From the NCBI RefSeq assembly GCF_009914755.1, contig NC_060929.1: a stretch of DNA of 64,000 nucleotides; one strand, given 5' to 3'. The position numbers and the translations under genes were made by a program. Source of the DNA: the human T2T-CHM13v2.0 reference genome, Homo sapiens. Every line of letters begins with the position of its first letter. The stretch's first letter is position 1. The notes under the pieces were generated by a model that worked only from the letters and a program-made list of their open reading frames with translations, searched no databases and was not told where the DNA came from. Positions 42,490 through 56,719 of the stretch are shown here, piece by piece.

Positions 42490-44224
42490 CTGAGAAAGAA
42501 GAAAAACAAAGACCCACCACCCTGTGTTATTCCAAGTCATGGCAAATAGATCTTTCCTCCTCACTCTTCTCCACATTCCGTCTCCCCAGTGTTATTTAGA
42601 TGGTAATCCAAAAATCAGTTTTCTTCACAGCATAGGAAAATGATACCACCTTTTAGGAAAGAATTAAGTATGAAGAATAACAAATGCTTACACTCCTTGA
42701 CGCAACACTGTGGACTCTAGAAATGAATTTCTAAGGAAATAATTCCACAGAAGCAAAAAGATACACATACAAAGGAACATAATCTAAAATACAGTTTAGT
42801 GATTTATCACACCTATCAAAAGGAGGGAAATCATGTGGACATTACAGTGATAATTGTAATAAGTGAAATTATAGTGATATCGACAATGGTGGTGATATTT
42901 TGAGGACATAGGTTAAAAGATATTATATATGTAATAAAAAAGATACTCATGTGGTCAGAACCTAAAAAAGGTATATTTAAGGCAACAAAAGTTGAAGCAC
43001 AAAACTCCTATGGCATGATCCACAGATGCGTGTCACACCCTCGCACGTGTACGCAGGTGTCCCAGGCTGTGGCAGCCGTCCCTGCGGAGCAGCACCGAAG
43101 GGGGCTGTTTTGCTGTGTTTACTTCTGTTGTTTGCAACATGTACCATGAAAAACACAGGGGTGCACAACACAGCAATAACCACTTTGGGAGTAGGGTACC
43201 CCCTGGCCTTCACAGGATAGTCTGAGTATAGTGTTCACTATAGGGACTCGGGCTGGCCCAAGGGCCCTTGGCAGCCCAAGGTGAATGGTGACCAGGCAGG
43301 GAGCCCCCAGCTGAACCCCAGGCCTGTGGCAGCCCAGGAAGGTTTCTAGGGGACCAAACCACCATGAAAGGGGGAGCACCACTGGAAAACGGAGGCCACG
43401 GCTTTCAAGTGGGCTCTGGCCTTTTCCAGCAGTGGGCAGGCTGCTCCCCGTGCCTCCGAATAAGGCCCACTCCACTCGGTTGAGGACTCTGAGGCCAGTG
43501 TGCACCGACAGCAGTTTCTCTGCACTTGCACTGGGCCTCCCTAGGGGTGACTCGCCCCTCATGGAACTGGTCTGAAGATGGCAGAGGAAAAAGCAGAGGC
43601 CTACTGACCTTGCATCAAAACAGGCCAGGCTGTGTTGTCATGTCTGTTGCTACAGATTTGGAAAGTGAAGCTCAGAGACATCAAGTGGTCAGCCGAGTCA
43701 TGCGACTGGAAAGAGGTGCAACTAGACTTGGGCCGCAGCCTCGTCCCACAGCCCTGTCCTTGTCCCCAGAATCCTGTAGCTAGAAGCTATACCAGGGGCC
43801 ACGAGTGATCTCCACAGGCCGCCAGATGCCACAAACCCAGGCCTGCCCTCCTCATCTCACACTGCCAAAGGGTAAGAGCCAGGACCCCAACTCAGTAGCT
43901 GTAGTCCCCACAGCCTAGACATGAGTGAGGGCAGGCCCACTCTTGTACATGACACATTGCTACGAAGACAAGGCTTCCGGGGAGAGAAAAGCTGAAGAGA
44001 GATGGTGGCTGGAGCTTTGCTGTTCACAGGAGGAAGAGGCTACCCTAGGGCTTGGGGTGGTCTTCAAGTCAGAGAACCCCTTCTAGAATGGGAAACTCCT
44101 GAGCACTAGAAACCCTTTGGGGCTGCGTCTCACTCCCTCTGTACCATCAGGACGGGTGGGAAGTCCCTTGGAGATAAGGTAAGCTAGATCAGCCTGACCA
44201 TTAAACACCATCTCTTCAGAGGCT

Positions 44225-44680
44225 ATGCCCAGTAAGTTCCCATGTCAGCTGGGCTGGGCTATGTGCGCAGTTGCTTGGTCAACCACCAGATTAGGCATTG
44301 CTGCGAAGGTGTTTGTTACATGTGATTACCATTAAAATCAAGAGACTACAGGGAGACTGTTTCCATACAGTGAGTGAACCTCGTCTAATCAGAGAGGCCT
44401 TAAGGGGAAAGACAGGTCCCCCAAAAGGGAAAAAATTCTTCCTCCAGACAGCTTTCAGACTCAGGATTGCAACATCAACTCTTCCCTGGGTCTCTAGCCT
44501 GACCTGCAGACTTCAGATTTGCCAGCTCCATTATCAAATGGGCCAATTCCTTAAAATAAATCACTGTTTGCGATTTACTAGAATCTATATCAAGAGATCG
44601 ATCTTGATCTTTCTATCTAGGTATAGATGTCTCCATATAGACCCACCTCCTATTGGTTCTGATTCTCTGCAATGCCCTAA
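44225..44680 (+). mobile_element. MLT2-like ERVL LTR
   Basis: tgtcagctgggctgggctatg...ggccaattccttaaaataaatc...cctattggttctgattctctg. Confidence 0.7.
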
Positions 44681-44825
44681 GAGCAAAGTGCTACCTTTAC
44701 GTGTGACCCAAGCGTCTTACATACTTTGAATATTCCCTGTCTTCTCATCTCTAAAATGAAGGTAATCATAGTACCTGCTTCATAAAGTCAGGGTAAGGAA
44801 TAAATGAGGTAAAATTAGAAGTGTT

Positions 44826-45270
44826 TGTAATAGCAAAGACATGGAATCAACCTAAATGCCCATCAGTGGTAGACTAGATAGAGAAAATGTGGCACATATA
44901 TACCACGAATACTATGTAGCCATAAAAAAAGAATGAGGTCATGTCATTTGCAGAAACATGGATGAAGCGGGAGGCCATTATCCTTAGCAAACTAATGTGG
45001 GAACAGAAAACCAAATACCACATGTTCTTACTTATAAGTTGGAGCTAAATGATGAGAACACATGAACACAAAGAGGGGAACAACAAACAATGGGCCTACT
45101 TGAGGGTACAGAATAGCAGAAGGGAGAGGATCGGAAAAAATGACTAATGCATACGAGGCTTAATACCTGGGTGACAAAATAATTTATACAACAAACCTCC
45201 ATGACATGAGTTTACCTATGTAACAACCGTCCACATGTACCCCTGAACTTAAAATAAAAGTAAAAAAAAA
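44826..45270 (+). mobile_element. 5'-truncated L1PA/PB 3' end inserted in a MIR
   Basis: aatagcaaagacatggaatcaacctaaatgcccatca...gtacccctgaacttaaaataaaagt(A)n; TSD-like aaaattagaagtgttt / aaaatagaaatgttt. Confidence 0.9.
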
Positions 45271-45329
45271 ATAGAAATGTTTACAACAGTGCCCAGCACA
45301 TAGTAAGCACTCAATAAATGCAGAAGTTA

Positions 45330-45975
45330 TCATTCATTTATTCAAGAAATATTGGAGTGCCTACTATGGGGTCCTGGAAAAATCCCTGCCCTCAGGGAAC
45401 TCATATTCTAATAGAGGAGGCCAGGAAGTGAAATACACAGTCCATGAGATGGTGAAAAATGAAGCAGGGAAGAGGCGTGGGGAATGCAGAGTGGGCATGA
45501 GGTTATTATTTGTGATTGAGCTGCAGGGAAGGCCTGTGTGATCCAGTGACATCAGGGTGGACCTAAGGGAGGCGAGAGAGGGAGCTACGTGGATGTTTGC
45601 AGGACACAGTAAATGCAATCTAGGCAGGGAGTGCGGCCAGCAGAACGAGATGGTGACTGAAGCAGTCAGGCAGGGGAGAGAAAGAAGGAGAAGTGGTCAG
45701 AGAGGGAGTGCGTGGGAGGGGCTGGGTGCCAGTTCATGCAGCATTTTATAAGGGCTGTGTCTTTTTCTCTAGGATTAGGATGGAGGCCATTGGGGGTTTT
45801 AACAGGGAGGGATGTGGTCTGCTTTATTGTTACAACAGGATCCATCTGGCCTCTAGGATGAGTAGAGATGCAGGGAGGCCAGGGCAGAGGCAGGGGTGCA
45901 CCTTGGGAGCTACAGCAACAATTCCAGGGAGAGATGGTAGCAGCTTGGAGCAAGGTGGGAGCAGGGAAGGCAGGG
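45330..45975 (-). mobile_element. L2 remnant
   Basis: cattcattttattcaagaaatatt..agtgcctactatg L2 tail read antisense; purine-rich body. Confidence 0.7.
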
Positions 45976-46854
45976 AGAAAGATAAAAATGACTACTGATC
46001 ATCAGCATTATGTTTTCTCAAGCTGTATTTTAAAAAGGATGAGAGGGGAGAAGCAGCAACATCCTGCAGCTGGAACACCACGGGCTATTCCACAGTGAAA
46101 TGAGGCAGCTCAAGGGAACTGCAAAGAGAGCAAAGCGCGCCCACAGCAGAGGGCACTGAGGAGCCCGGCTGTGCATCAGAGGACGCATCCAAAGGACCCT
46201 CAGCATCTCAGCGAAGGCCTGTCTGCCTGCAACCTGCTCAGCGGCAGGCATGCCTTGTACAAAACCCCCAAGTAGAGCTCAGGAGCTCACCTTCACAAAT
46301 CATCAACACTGATGTGGAGGGACAGACATCTAATGTTCCACAGGCGAACGCGCGACAAAATTAGAGCAAACTCAAGTACTGGCACTGTTTGCAAAGCATT
46401 CTACAGACAGGGCTGAGGGTGGAGATGTGCTCACAGCCTCGACATGTTTAGACAGCGTGGCGCTGGCAGACAGCAGCACTTCTCTTCCAGTTACTTGGGA
46501 GGTTTCAGGAATGAAATCCTTCCTTGTAAACCTGGGACACAGGGTGTGGGGTTTACTTACACCTCTAGTCTTTCCTTTCATTAAAAATTATTTTGAAAAC
46601 TTTCAAACCTATAGAAAAACAAAGAATAACCAACAGCTGTGCGTCTACCACCCACAAGACACTGAGGTATATTTTCTTCAGACTACTTTTTGGGAAATAT
46701 AAATTTATACTTGAAACACTTTTTGTTGACTTTCATTTAAAATAAAAATCACAAAGTTCAAAGAGTGGTAAAAGCTAGCATTCTCTAATTACCCTGCAGG
46801 AACTGAAGTGATACTATTTTGGCAGATTTTCCATTTAGCAGGACTGGTCCACCC

Positions 46855-47045
46855 CAGCAGTTTTCCAAGAGGGGTCCCGGGCTGGCCGCATCAGCAGCAC
46901 CTGGGGACTTGTTAGAAATGCACATTCCGGGGCCTGCTGTCAAGACCTCCACAGTCAGGAACTCTGGAGGTGGAGCCCAGCAATCTGTGTTTTAATATAC
47001 CCTCTAGGTGACTCTGATGCACGCTTAGGTGTGAGAAGCACTGGT
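46855..47045. mobile_element. MER5A DNA transposon
   Basis: cagcatc..cacctgggga cttgttagaaatgcac...caggaactctggaggtggagcccagcaatctgtgttttaa. Confidence 0.8.
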
Positions 47046-48683
47046 CTCCCCCTCAGGCTAAGTGGGCATTTGCTCAGGAGCCTGTGAGGTGACTGGATGC
47101 TCCTAGGTTTTCTAGGTAGAGGCCACAATGCTCCTGGCTGCCCTGGTGGGTGTCAGGGTCTACGAGCAGGTCTCTGATGTCAGTCAAACCTGGATAAATG
47201 TTCCTCCTCTGCCACTTCCTTGCTTTATGGCCCAGAGTAAATTACCCAATGTTTCTGGGCTGCAGGAAATAGGAATACTAAGGGTTCCTGCCTCACTAAG
47301 TTGTGGAAAGGATACGGCAGGCCCTGAAGCAGGCAGCTCGTGCTGCCACACAGCACCTGTCCTGTGGGAGGAAGAGAGAAGGTGGCCACTTTCCTGATGG
47401 CTTTGCCAACAGCCCCACAACACCTAACACCAGACTCAGAGATGCCCTGAGCTATTGGCCACCAGCAGGTCATCCAGAATCCCTCCATCCCAGGGAGAAC
47501 GAAAGCTGCCAGTGGTTGAATGGACTTGAGAAATCACCTAGCCCTAACACGAACGCAGGCAGGCAGAGACTGACAGGCGCTGCCACCCTTAGGGCCCGGA
47601 GCCTCATCCATGGCAGGCAGGGAAGGCTTTTGTTTCACCCACCTTGCTATGAGTATAGTTTTCAAAGAGGAAGGAAATAAGAAAAAAAAAAAATAACAAA
47701 AGATCTCAGTCCACAGATCTTACCCTGTTGGAAGCACAGAGCTTTAAAATGCTTTTAGTGGAGAAAGTTTAATTTCAAGATAAACCTCACAGCCCCTCCG
47801 GCTTCCCTTCTCCTGCTTCCAGGACAGCAGCGGGGAACAGATCAGGCGAGGTTAATTACAATTCTGCTTTGAGCTCTTAACGTTTCACTGCGGAATATGA
47901 TTATGACAATGGTAGGGGAGGGGAAGCCACTGGCCTTTTCTCTGGCCTCACAGACAAAGGCGCTGGCGGTCTCCCAAGGGCCTGCTGCTGGCTGCTGGGC
48001 AAGGGTTAAGTCATCCATTAATTCTCCCAGCTTGGAATGCTGGATGATCTCAGTTGTCAAGGGGGAATCAATCACTTTCTGTGGCTGCATTATTCCTCCT
48101 CTCCAGAACAGGAGCCTGTCTGTGTTCTCTGAGAGCGACTGTGGGGGAAGGCTAATGACAAAAACCCTCGCCACACATGTGTGTCTTGCTCTGGCTTCTT
48201 GAGGAGCTAGTCTAGGATGTGTGGGTTTCTCCTTTCCGTGATGCTCTGCTGGAGCTCCCGTCACGCTGGCTTTCCTCTGCATCTGTTCATTGCCAGCAGC
48301 TCTTCCAGCACAAAGCATACACAGCAGGCCTGTAGCCTGGTGGGAATGCGGGGCTGGCTGGTTCGGGACGGTTCGGGCCGACCCACTCTCCACCTACCCT
48401 GTCCACTATAGGAGAAGCTGTTCAAACCAGCTATCGACGTCAAATATCCTCTCTTCTATCCCTCTCCACCATGCCCCACCTCTGTCCTCAAGACAGTCCC
48501 CCAGCCTGCTCATTAGAAGAAAAATTCATTTTTCATAGCCTCCTCAGCTTGCCTTGGTGGAAGGCTAGAAGGACATTTCATTTCTTTTGCCTTGAAAATC
48601 CGTGATGACATTTTCCTGAAGTTTTCATCAACATCTTACCTGGCCCTAGCTGAGATCTGATTTCCATCAAGGAGCAGCTCTTC

Positions 48684-48988
48684 TTGTTTGTTTGTTTGTT
48701 TGTTTGTTTGAGACAGAGTCTCACTCTGTTGCCCACGCTGGAGTGCAATAGCATGATTTGGCTCACCACAGCCTCCGCCTCCTGGGTGCAAGCAATTCTC
48801 CTGCCTCAGCCTCCTGAGTAGCTGGGACTACAGGCATGTACCACCATGCCTGGCTAAATTTTGTATTTTTAATAGCGACAGGATTTCACTATGTTGTCCA
48901 GGGTGGTCTCAAACTCCTGACCTCATGATCTGCCCGCCTCAGCCTCCCAAAGTGCTGGGATTACAGGTGTGAGTCACTGCGCCCGGCC
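48684..48988 (-). mobile_element. AluS SINE
   Basis: (TTTG)n tail, full antisense Alu; flanks gcagctc. Confidence 0.93.
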
Positions 48989-51900
48989 TAGCAGCTCATT
49001 TTTAGAAGGAAAATGCCCTGGGGGTGGGCATCTGTTTTGCTGAGCATTTGAAATTTATCTGAATGAGTGGGGTCAGTCCAATGTCCTTTCCAGTGAGAGT
49101 CCTAGAATGGAGAACTTTACCATCCTATGCATTTTGCAATGCTGGCATTTTAATTGCTTAGTTTTACAACAAACATACAGTTCTTTTGAAATCAAGAAGT
49201 TAGATCTCACTAGAAAAAAAACCATAAAAAGCATTCCATGTCTATACCTTGTTCTCATAGAACCTAAAAGGTAAGTGATGAGGACATTTGAGCAGGAGGA
49301 CTGATCATAATGCTGTCATGTCAAGGATGTGTCGGGGCTGGTCTCTAGAGCTCACTAACACCAGTAAGCGTTTGTCTCAAGGACTTTGGATAGACTCTCC
49401 TGACACACAGATGGAAAAGCACCTCTCCTCAGTAAAGATGACTGTTTCAGCCAGATCTAGTCTGACTCTCATTCCCTGAAGCTTACTGATGCCTGTTCTA
49501 ACTAGGTGGCTGTTTCAAAAAATTCACCCTTTCAATGGACATGATTTCACTCTCCTCAACCATTTTTTCTGCCCCAATGAAACTTTACCTTAATCCAGAC
49601 TAGTTCAAAGAGTGAGAGCTAGGCATCTCTTGAGCTCTGCTGCTGTCCAGTCCAACTTGGGGATTACACCCCAGAGTGAGTGGCCACACAGGCAGCACCC
49701 TGGCTACCTGGAGGTACCTAGAGGCTCACGGCAAGGCTGCAACCACCATTCTCACAGCTCTCCAGGGTCCCCACCTGGTGCTGAGACAAGGGACTCAATT
49801 TCAGTCTCTGAGAGTACAGACTTGCTGTGGCCGATCCTGTCTTGGCCACAGTTCCTTTGTGGATTGAGATCGATGACTACGCTGCACAGAAGGAGCTGAA
49901 CTGTGAGGCCTGCCACAGAGGGTGGGCTTGACCAAGGATTCCTATTTCCACTTCCTAACATTTTAGTCCTTGTGCCTCTTTGTCATGATATGTTGATAAA
50001 GCCATCCAGGCAATCAACCTAGTCACTCTGTCCATAAGACTATTATACTTTCTGATGAGGCCATGGCTATATTTTTCAAAAATGAAGTGGCACCGACCCT
50101 GGGCACCTGCCAACAGTCAACTGAGGGTTGGCTATCACTTTTATTCTCCTTGCTGGTTAACTACCCCTCTGCTGCTCCTCTCTAAAACCATTAACCCTCC
50201 TGTCGTTAGGAGCTGCCTATGGGCTGCCAGAAATGCCGCTGGAGGCACAATACTCAGCGTTTCTTTCCTGAACCCTTGAGGGGCAGTTGATGGACACTCT
50301 GATTAGACCTCTTGAAGCTGGGTGGTTACAGCGGGGGGAAAGGAGATTTGCTGGGCCACATAAAGCTCCAACTCAGAAAGATCCTTTTCTTTATTTTCAT
50401 AAACTTGACAAGGGGGAATGTCTGAGCCAGAATGGCAAGATTTACAAACAAAATTACTATAATTATCATAATTATGAAAGGGGTCTGGTGCTTTGGGACT
50501 TTATTCTAAACCCACGTTTAACATAAAGCAGTCTAATTGCATCAGGTTCTAAGAATGTGGAGTGACAAATGAATGCCTCGTGTGTGGTTCTTCCATCCTC
50601 GGAGCTGCTCTGATTTGGGCGGGAGGGTAAAAGTGATTTTTTAAGGAGAATTGGGTGACATTGGAGCTAAAGACCTCTGTACTTTGATGGGAAGATCCAT
50701 TTGAGACTGAAATTAATTTAAGAACCATTCTTTGGTGAGGTTATCCTTGGAAACAATGACTCTGTGTTTTGAATTTATCTCAATCTGCAGAAAAACAGGA
50801 TCCCAAATTAAATTTCTCTAAGAAAACAGTCTCAAAATCAAGGCTAACCTGTAAGTTCAAGTACTTCTAACAAATATTCAAAAGCTAAATAGATGGTGAT
50901 AAAATTGTTCTCCCTCCTGACTGTTTCTAAATTTGTCTCTGATTCAGAATAAAACCACAACATTCTTTTTGGGGGTAGGGAGGTTTGAGCAAATGATCCA
51001 TAGCACAAACCTCATAAGCTACTGAAACAGCACACATTTCCTGTCAAGCAAACTCTTATGTTCACTAATAAAACAACACAGCATCACTGACAACATGAGA
51101 ACTACATTTCTATACTAAATAAACACACAAATTATAGATTATACACATCTGGAAGAGTCATTAAGAAGAGCATCTGCTTTCTGTGTTTACACAGTAGAAT
51201 ATGGTTTTATGAAAAAAATTATAATCTGTGCTTCACTGAATGAGACAATTGTTGCTGAAGTAAAGAAGAATCAAGTCCCTTTTGTTTGTGGGCACCTGGC
51301 TGAGTGCATTACTGGGCATGTTCCCTCTCCTGGGACACCTGGGCCAGTAGAGGTAAATGGAAGCGCTAAGGTAGATGGCGGGTCCCACCAGGGGAGAAAG
51401 AGAGAGGGGAACATTAAGTTGCTTTCCAGCACCAAGAAAGCATCAGTATTTCTCCTCTGGCTCTCAACAGTCAATCTATCTTTATGCAGTTCTGGTCACT
51501 TAGTCTGCAAGTAGACACTGTTTTGTTATGTCATGAGATCCAATGTGGGAAGAACAATATGCTCGATGCTAAGATCCCGGGTTCCCATCCAGGTTTCCCT
51601 CTTATCACCAGGCAGGTCACTGACATTATCTCTGAGCCAAGGTTTCCTAACCTGTGAAAATGGAGTAAGTTACCCTTCCAAGTCTTTCACGATTTGGCAA
51701 TTAAGTAAGAATCTCTAACAAAGTGTCTTCTAAACTGAGGACTGGTAAATAAAGGGAAGGCATTCGTGTTTTTAGGGCTTTGGTGGCAAGAAATGAGAAG
51801 GTAAGTAGAAAGGGTTTTGTTCTGACTCTCCACTCCCATCCAAAGAATGAAATGACTTCAGCAAATTATGCTCTGCAAGGTCTTCGCCGCTCTCTTCCTA

Positions 51901-52519
51901 GCTTCCTTTTTCAAGCACCCACTTTAATTTCCTAGATTCACAGACAGTGAACTTGACCTCAGGTTCATGACTGAGTGCCTGTAAGCATGTGCTGTGAATG
52001 TGGCATCATTCCATGAGGCAAAAGAGATGAGAGGAGAGGCTCTTGCCTGAGAAGAGCTTATAGACGATGGAGGCACAAGAAGACAGGAGAGTGATGTCTG
52101 GAACTAGGATGAGCTGGGCTGGGCCTTGGGACCAGAGGGACCATTTGGAGCAAACGGCTCTTGGCTACCCTAAGTGCTTCCTGGAAATGAAGACTTATAA
52201 AGAAATGGAGAACAGAACAATGCAGAGAAAATGGATCTGACAGAAAGGTAGGTTTGCATTCCATCTCTACCACTTTCCACAGCAAATCTCTCCAATCTCG
52301 ACTGCAGTTTCCACATTGGCAAAGTGAGAGGGCCACTTTCTAGCTCTTCTGTTCTGATCTTCTGACTCCTTTTTGGATGGAGCAGGCTGCATGCCAGAAG
52401 CCATGTCTGCCTTTTCCCAAGCCACACAGTCCCCAAGAGCTGGGTCACTGCACACCAAGTCCAGTGAACAGATGCCATGTGGACACACGCCCACCCCAGA
52501 GCAGAAGGCTGAGCATTAC

Positions 52520-52703
52520 CTGGTGTGGCTGTTGGAGGAAAGGCTCTCCCAGGGCTGCACGCTGCAGCCGGCCACGGCAAAGGCTCCCCCACAGCTGCCG
52601 TCCAGCTTCATGAGCAGGGCCTTGGCAGCATTCTCAGCTGTCTTCCGGCAGTCATGAGCTCGCTTGAGCATCTGAGTGATGTTTTCATCCCCCGACTGGT
52701 CTC
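52520..52703 (-). CDS. MCC: MCC coding exon (184 nt, phase 1-2)
   Basis: gccacatag|GA GAC CAG...DQSGDENITQMLKRAHDCRKTAENAAKALLMKLDGSCGGAFAVAGCSVQPWESLSSNSHT AG|gtaatg. Confidence 0.96.
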
Positions 52704-53404
52704 CTATGTGGCAGAGAAGCCAACGGATTAATCAACATAGGCCTGGACAAGGCACGCCTGGGAGGGACTATGCATAATTAACTCTGTTACTTAGGGCAGA
52801 GGTGGCACTGTGGAAGGGAATTGGCAGTGCCCAGCCGAAGAGAAGATCTGTGTTCTGGGCCTGGCACTATCACTTAGAAGCTACATGTGGGAAGGTATTT
52901 CTCTGCTCTTTCTCTGGGCTCCACTGGCCTCAGGGACAAGTGTAGGAGTTAACCAATGGGATCACCACATTTCTGTTTCCAGCTCTAACACGCTCTGATT
53001 TTTCTAATGATCCAGGCTCCTGGCTTCTCCTCCCATTCAGCCACAAGTCTACCATTTGGCCATTCCTCTGTGCATTGGCACTTCCCTGTGAATGAGGGAG
53101 GGAGAAACTAGGGCAAAACTGTGCCATCTTTCCACATGTCTACAGCTTTGGTTAGAGCCCTGTGTGGGGGCAAGAGAGACAAAACTAATGGTTCAGACGA
53201 GAGCTTTAGATTGGCTCTGTATTATAGGTACCGATGCCACCCCTGACCCTTCTCTTGGCTTGGTAATCGGCGTGAACTCAAATGCCTCCAGGAGCCAGGT
53301 AAGTGGGCTAGTGCAGAACATCAGGGTGTGGTGGGCACTCGCACAGACCAGGCAGTGAAGTCCCTGCCCAAAATGTTCACATTCCTATTGTGTTTTAAGA
53401 CTGT

Positions 53405-53915
53405 GCTGGAAAAGACAGAACTATAGAGATATTGAAAAGATCATGGGTGGCTGAGCTGAGGTGGGAGGACTGCTTGAACTTAGGAGTTCAAATACAGCCT
53501 GGGTAACAGAGCAAGACCCTGTCTCCAAAACAACAACAAGAACAACAGCAACAGGAATGGTTGCCAGGGGATGGGGTTGGGGGAGGAATGAATAGGTGGA
53601 GCCAGAGAACTTTTGGGGCAGTGAAGCTACTCTGTATGATACTGTAACCGTGGACTCAAGTTGTTATACATTGGCCCAAACCCATAGAATGTACAGCACC
53701 AAGAATGAACTCTGATGTAAACTATGGGCTCTGGGTGATGATGTGTCACTGTAGGTTCATCACTTGTAACTAATATACTACCCTGGTGGGGGACGCTGAA
53801 AACGGGGGAGGCCGTGCATGTTGAGGGTTGGAGGCATATGGGAAATCTCTGTGCCTTCCTCTCAGTTTTGCTGTGAACCTAAAACTGCTCTAAAAAAACA
53901 AAGCCTTAAAAAAAT
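53405..53915 (+). mobile_element. L1MC-type 3' end with an inserted Alu monomer fragment (~53445-53550)
   Basis: ggttgccagggg...gtaaactatgggctctgggtgatg...gaacctaaaactgctctaaaaa. Confidence 0.75.
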
Positions 53916-55902
53916 AAAACAAAACAAAACAGAAACTGTGCTGGCTGAACAAATCACTGGTTTGCTACCTGTACAGCACAGATCCATGCTTTTCCAAATA
54001 TTTTTAAATGAAATCTTACACCAAATCATAGAAAATGCTATCCTAACATACAAAAAAGGTAAATGCAGAATTGGATGAAGTGGGCAGAAGTGGGAGACAC
54101 ACTCAGAGTCCCACCCTCCAACCCCACTGCCGAGGCCCAGAGAAACTCCTCCAGCTTCCCAGACCAGTTTGAAAACCACTAGCCTAAAGCACCTGTGAAT
54201 GAAAGAATGAACAGAATGAATGCCTGTGACATCAACAAGAAACAAAGAAAAGACCCACAATCATAGATACTGTGGGTGCATGTCACAAATGAGTTCCTGC
54301 TTTGCTGTGCAACAGCTCTATGGCATGATGGGTGGCATGATGGGACAGTATGATGGGCCAGCCACTCCTGTCAGCGGAATGCAAGGGCGAGGCTTAATGG
54401 GGAACTGCTAAAAATCAAGCCTGCCCTCAGTACTATGGAGAGTGGGCAGGAAATGGGGTGGACCCATTCTGCAGGCCAAAAATCCCTGGAACTCCCTCCT
54501 GTCATTTCTCTGACAAACTTCATGCCTCTCTTCTCTCCACAAATAAGACATTTTACATACATCTCACCACTGACTGCTATTTGGAATTAGGCATGACATT
54601 ACTTACTGGCTCATATTATAAATGTATACATGAACTTCCCAGTATTAGGTAAATACAAAGCATTTCATTATTGATTTTGAATATTTAAAAGGCAGATTTA
54701 TTTAAGCTCTTTCAGCTCCTACACCAAATAACTGCACTGAGTAGGTACATGCCTAATGAAAGGTACCTTGTGAGGCCTGAACAGGTTAAGACACTCCGCT
54801 GATAACCAACTGGAAATACGATTGACTTTTTCCTTTAATTTATCATTTTTCTTAATACGTATATTAATTTAAAAAAATCCTGACAGCAGGCCAAGATCAT
54901 TTTAGGATCTGTTTCATATGAGAAATAAAGTTTTATGGTTCAGTTAAAAGACCCTGAAAAATGAGGTTTCTAATGGAAATGCTGGCAGAGTTTCTACTTC
55001 TGGGCTGGGCTGGTAATACTATTTAAAAAAAACCAGAGGGAGGATCAGAGCATCACTCTCCATACAAATGAAGGTGTGCTCCTTTGTTGGATCACTTGGA
55101 TATGAAGCAGGAAATTAACACCCAGGATACCTTCCTTCCTTCACTTTTGCTTCAGATTCCTGTGCAAGTCGAAACTGAAGGAGGAAACACATGTGAGTGT
55201 TCAGTGCAAAAGTGAGCCCCCAGACAAAGGGGGAGGAGCGGGGAAGAAGGACAGGAAGGTGCATTCAGAAGGTGCCTGGATGGTGACTTTCTTTGAAGGG
55301 TGTGTCCTGGATGGACAAGTCCTAATGGAAGCTCACAGCAGAAATCCAGTCCATGACAGAGGCCTGGCTACCACACATGGGAATGCCTGGCCTGCCCACA
55401 CCATCCATCTTTGGCTCTGGAGAGACCTGGTCACCTTGGCTTTCTGTTTACTTGCTATTGCCTCTCCGAAGGCTAAGGGGGTGTCCGGGGCTTAGTTCTG
55501 CATGGAGAGACGGCCACCTTTCTCCTTGGGTCTCTCTTTCCTCTTAGCACTGTTTCTACTGCAGTCCTCCCCACATCACTGCAGGCTCGGAGCCACAATC
55601 ACTGGCCACGTTTTAGCAAATGCTGCCGCTTCCTAGAATGACATGCTTGTGTCCAATTAGATACTCCTTCCACCTTACTCAAAATTGAGGGACAGAAGTG
55701 AGCAGGCAGTGCAGATCTCGAGGTACAGGTCAGGCCAACAGGGCACAGGATCCCCGGGCTGGGGGAAGGACAGGCACAGGAAAGCGAGGTGGGCGAGCAT
55801 TCTGTGATGCTGACAAGAGCAGGGGGTGAAACTACTTCTTCTTTGTTCGTAAGACACCTGGAGACCTGGCAGGGGAAACCCATGTTTCAAAACTACTCAA
55901 AA

Positions 55903-56193
55903 GCCGGGCGCAGTGGCTCACGCATGTAATCCCAGCACTTTGAGGCAGGTGGATCACCTGAGGTCAGGAGTTCAAGACCAGGCTGACCAACATGGTGAAA
56001 CTGTCTCCACTAAAAATACAAAATTAGCCAGGCGTGGTGGCATGTGCCTGTAATCCCAGCTACTCGGGAGGCTGAGGCAGGAGGATGCTTGAACCTAGGA
56101 GGTGGAGGTTGCAGTGAGCCAAGATTGCACCATTGCACTCCAGCCTGGGCAACAAGAGCAAAACTCCATCTCAAAACAAACAAACAAAAAAAA
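55903..56193 (+). mobile_element. AluS SINE
   Basis: Dimer with small deletions; flanks actactcaaa. Confidence 0.92.
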
Positions 56194-56615
56194 CAACTAC
56201 TACTCAAAGAGGTAAACTTGGAGAAGCTCAGCCAATGGAACGAGATGAAGTGAAGGCCATGTGGCGGCAGCATGTGCCTTGACAACAGGCATCAGAGAGA
56301 CAGCTGCAGAAACGCTGGCCCCTTTCATCGCTGATGCGGCCTCAGCTCCATCTGGCCCCACTGTCAGCCCAGGAGAATGCAGCTCCTAAGAAGTCTTGTT
56401 TGTTTTAACTTGTCTGTTATTCTGTTTCCACTCCAGTTCTTGCTGCATTCAACATAAACAATTTACCCATTCAGTCATGAGGAAAAACGAAAAACACACT
56501 TGACAACCAAATTTTGTGTTGTCGGGAGATGATTCAATGCCAGTTGCTGAGACAGGGGCAGAAGCAAAGGAGGCAGGGAGACAAGAGGAGGAAGAGGGAC
56601 TCTGGAGACACTTAC

Positions 56616-56719
56616 CAGGGGAGGACCCCACGCCCGCCGCTCGGAACTGCCCCAGGATGAGGCTCTGCTCACTCTCTGCCAGCGCCAGGAGGAGTTCGTA
56701 GGCTTCGATGCACTGCTCG
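56616..56719 (-). CDS. MCC: MCC coding exon (104 nt, phase 2-1)
   Basis: gtttcag|C GAG CAG...EQCIEAYELLLALAESEQSLILGQFRAAGVGSSP G|gtaagt. Confidence 0.96.

Noticed and set aside
44585-44640. Near-palindrome atcaagagatcgatcttgat as a possible hairpin RNA
   Set aside because: Short and inside the low-complexity segment of an MLT2 LTR
47842-48393. 183-aa intronic ORF, the longest in the track
   Set aside because: Not needed for the MCC frame, which closes exactly between 52520 and 42489; no homology recognised
54321-54358. Repeated (g/t)atgatggg units suggesting a repeat array
   Set aside because: Only three short degenerate units with no spacers; simple slippage, not CRISPR-like
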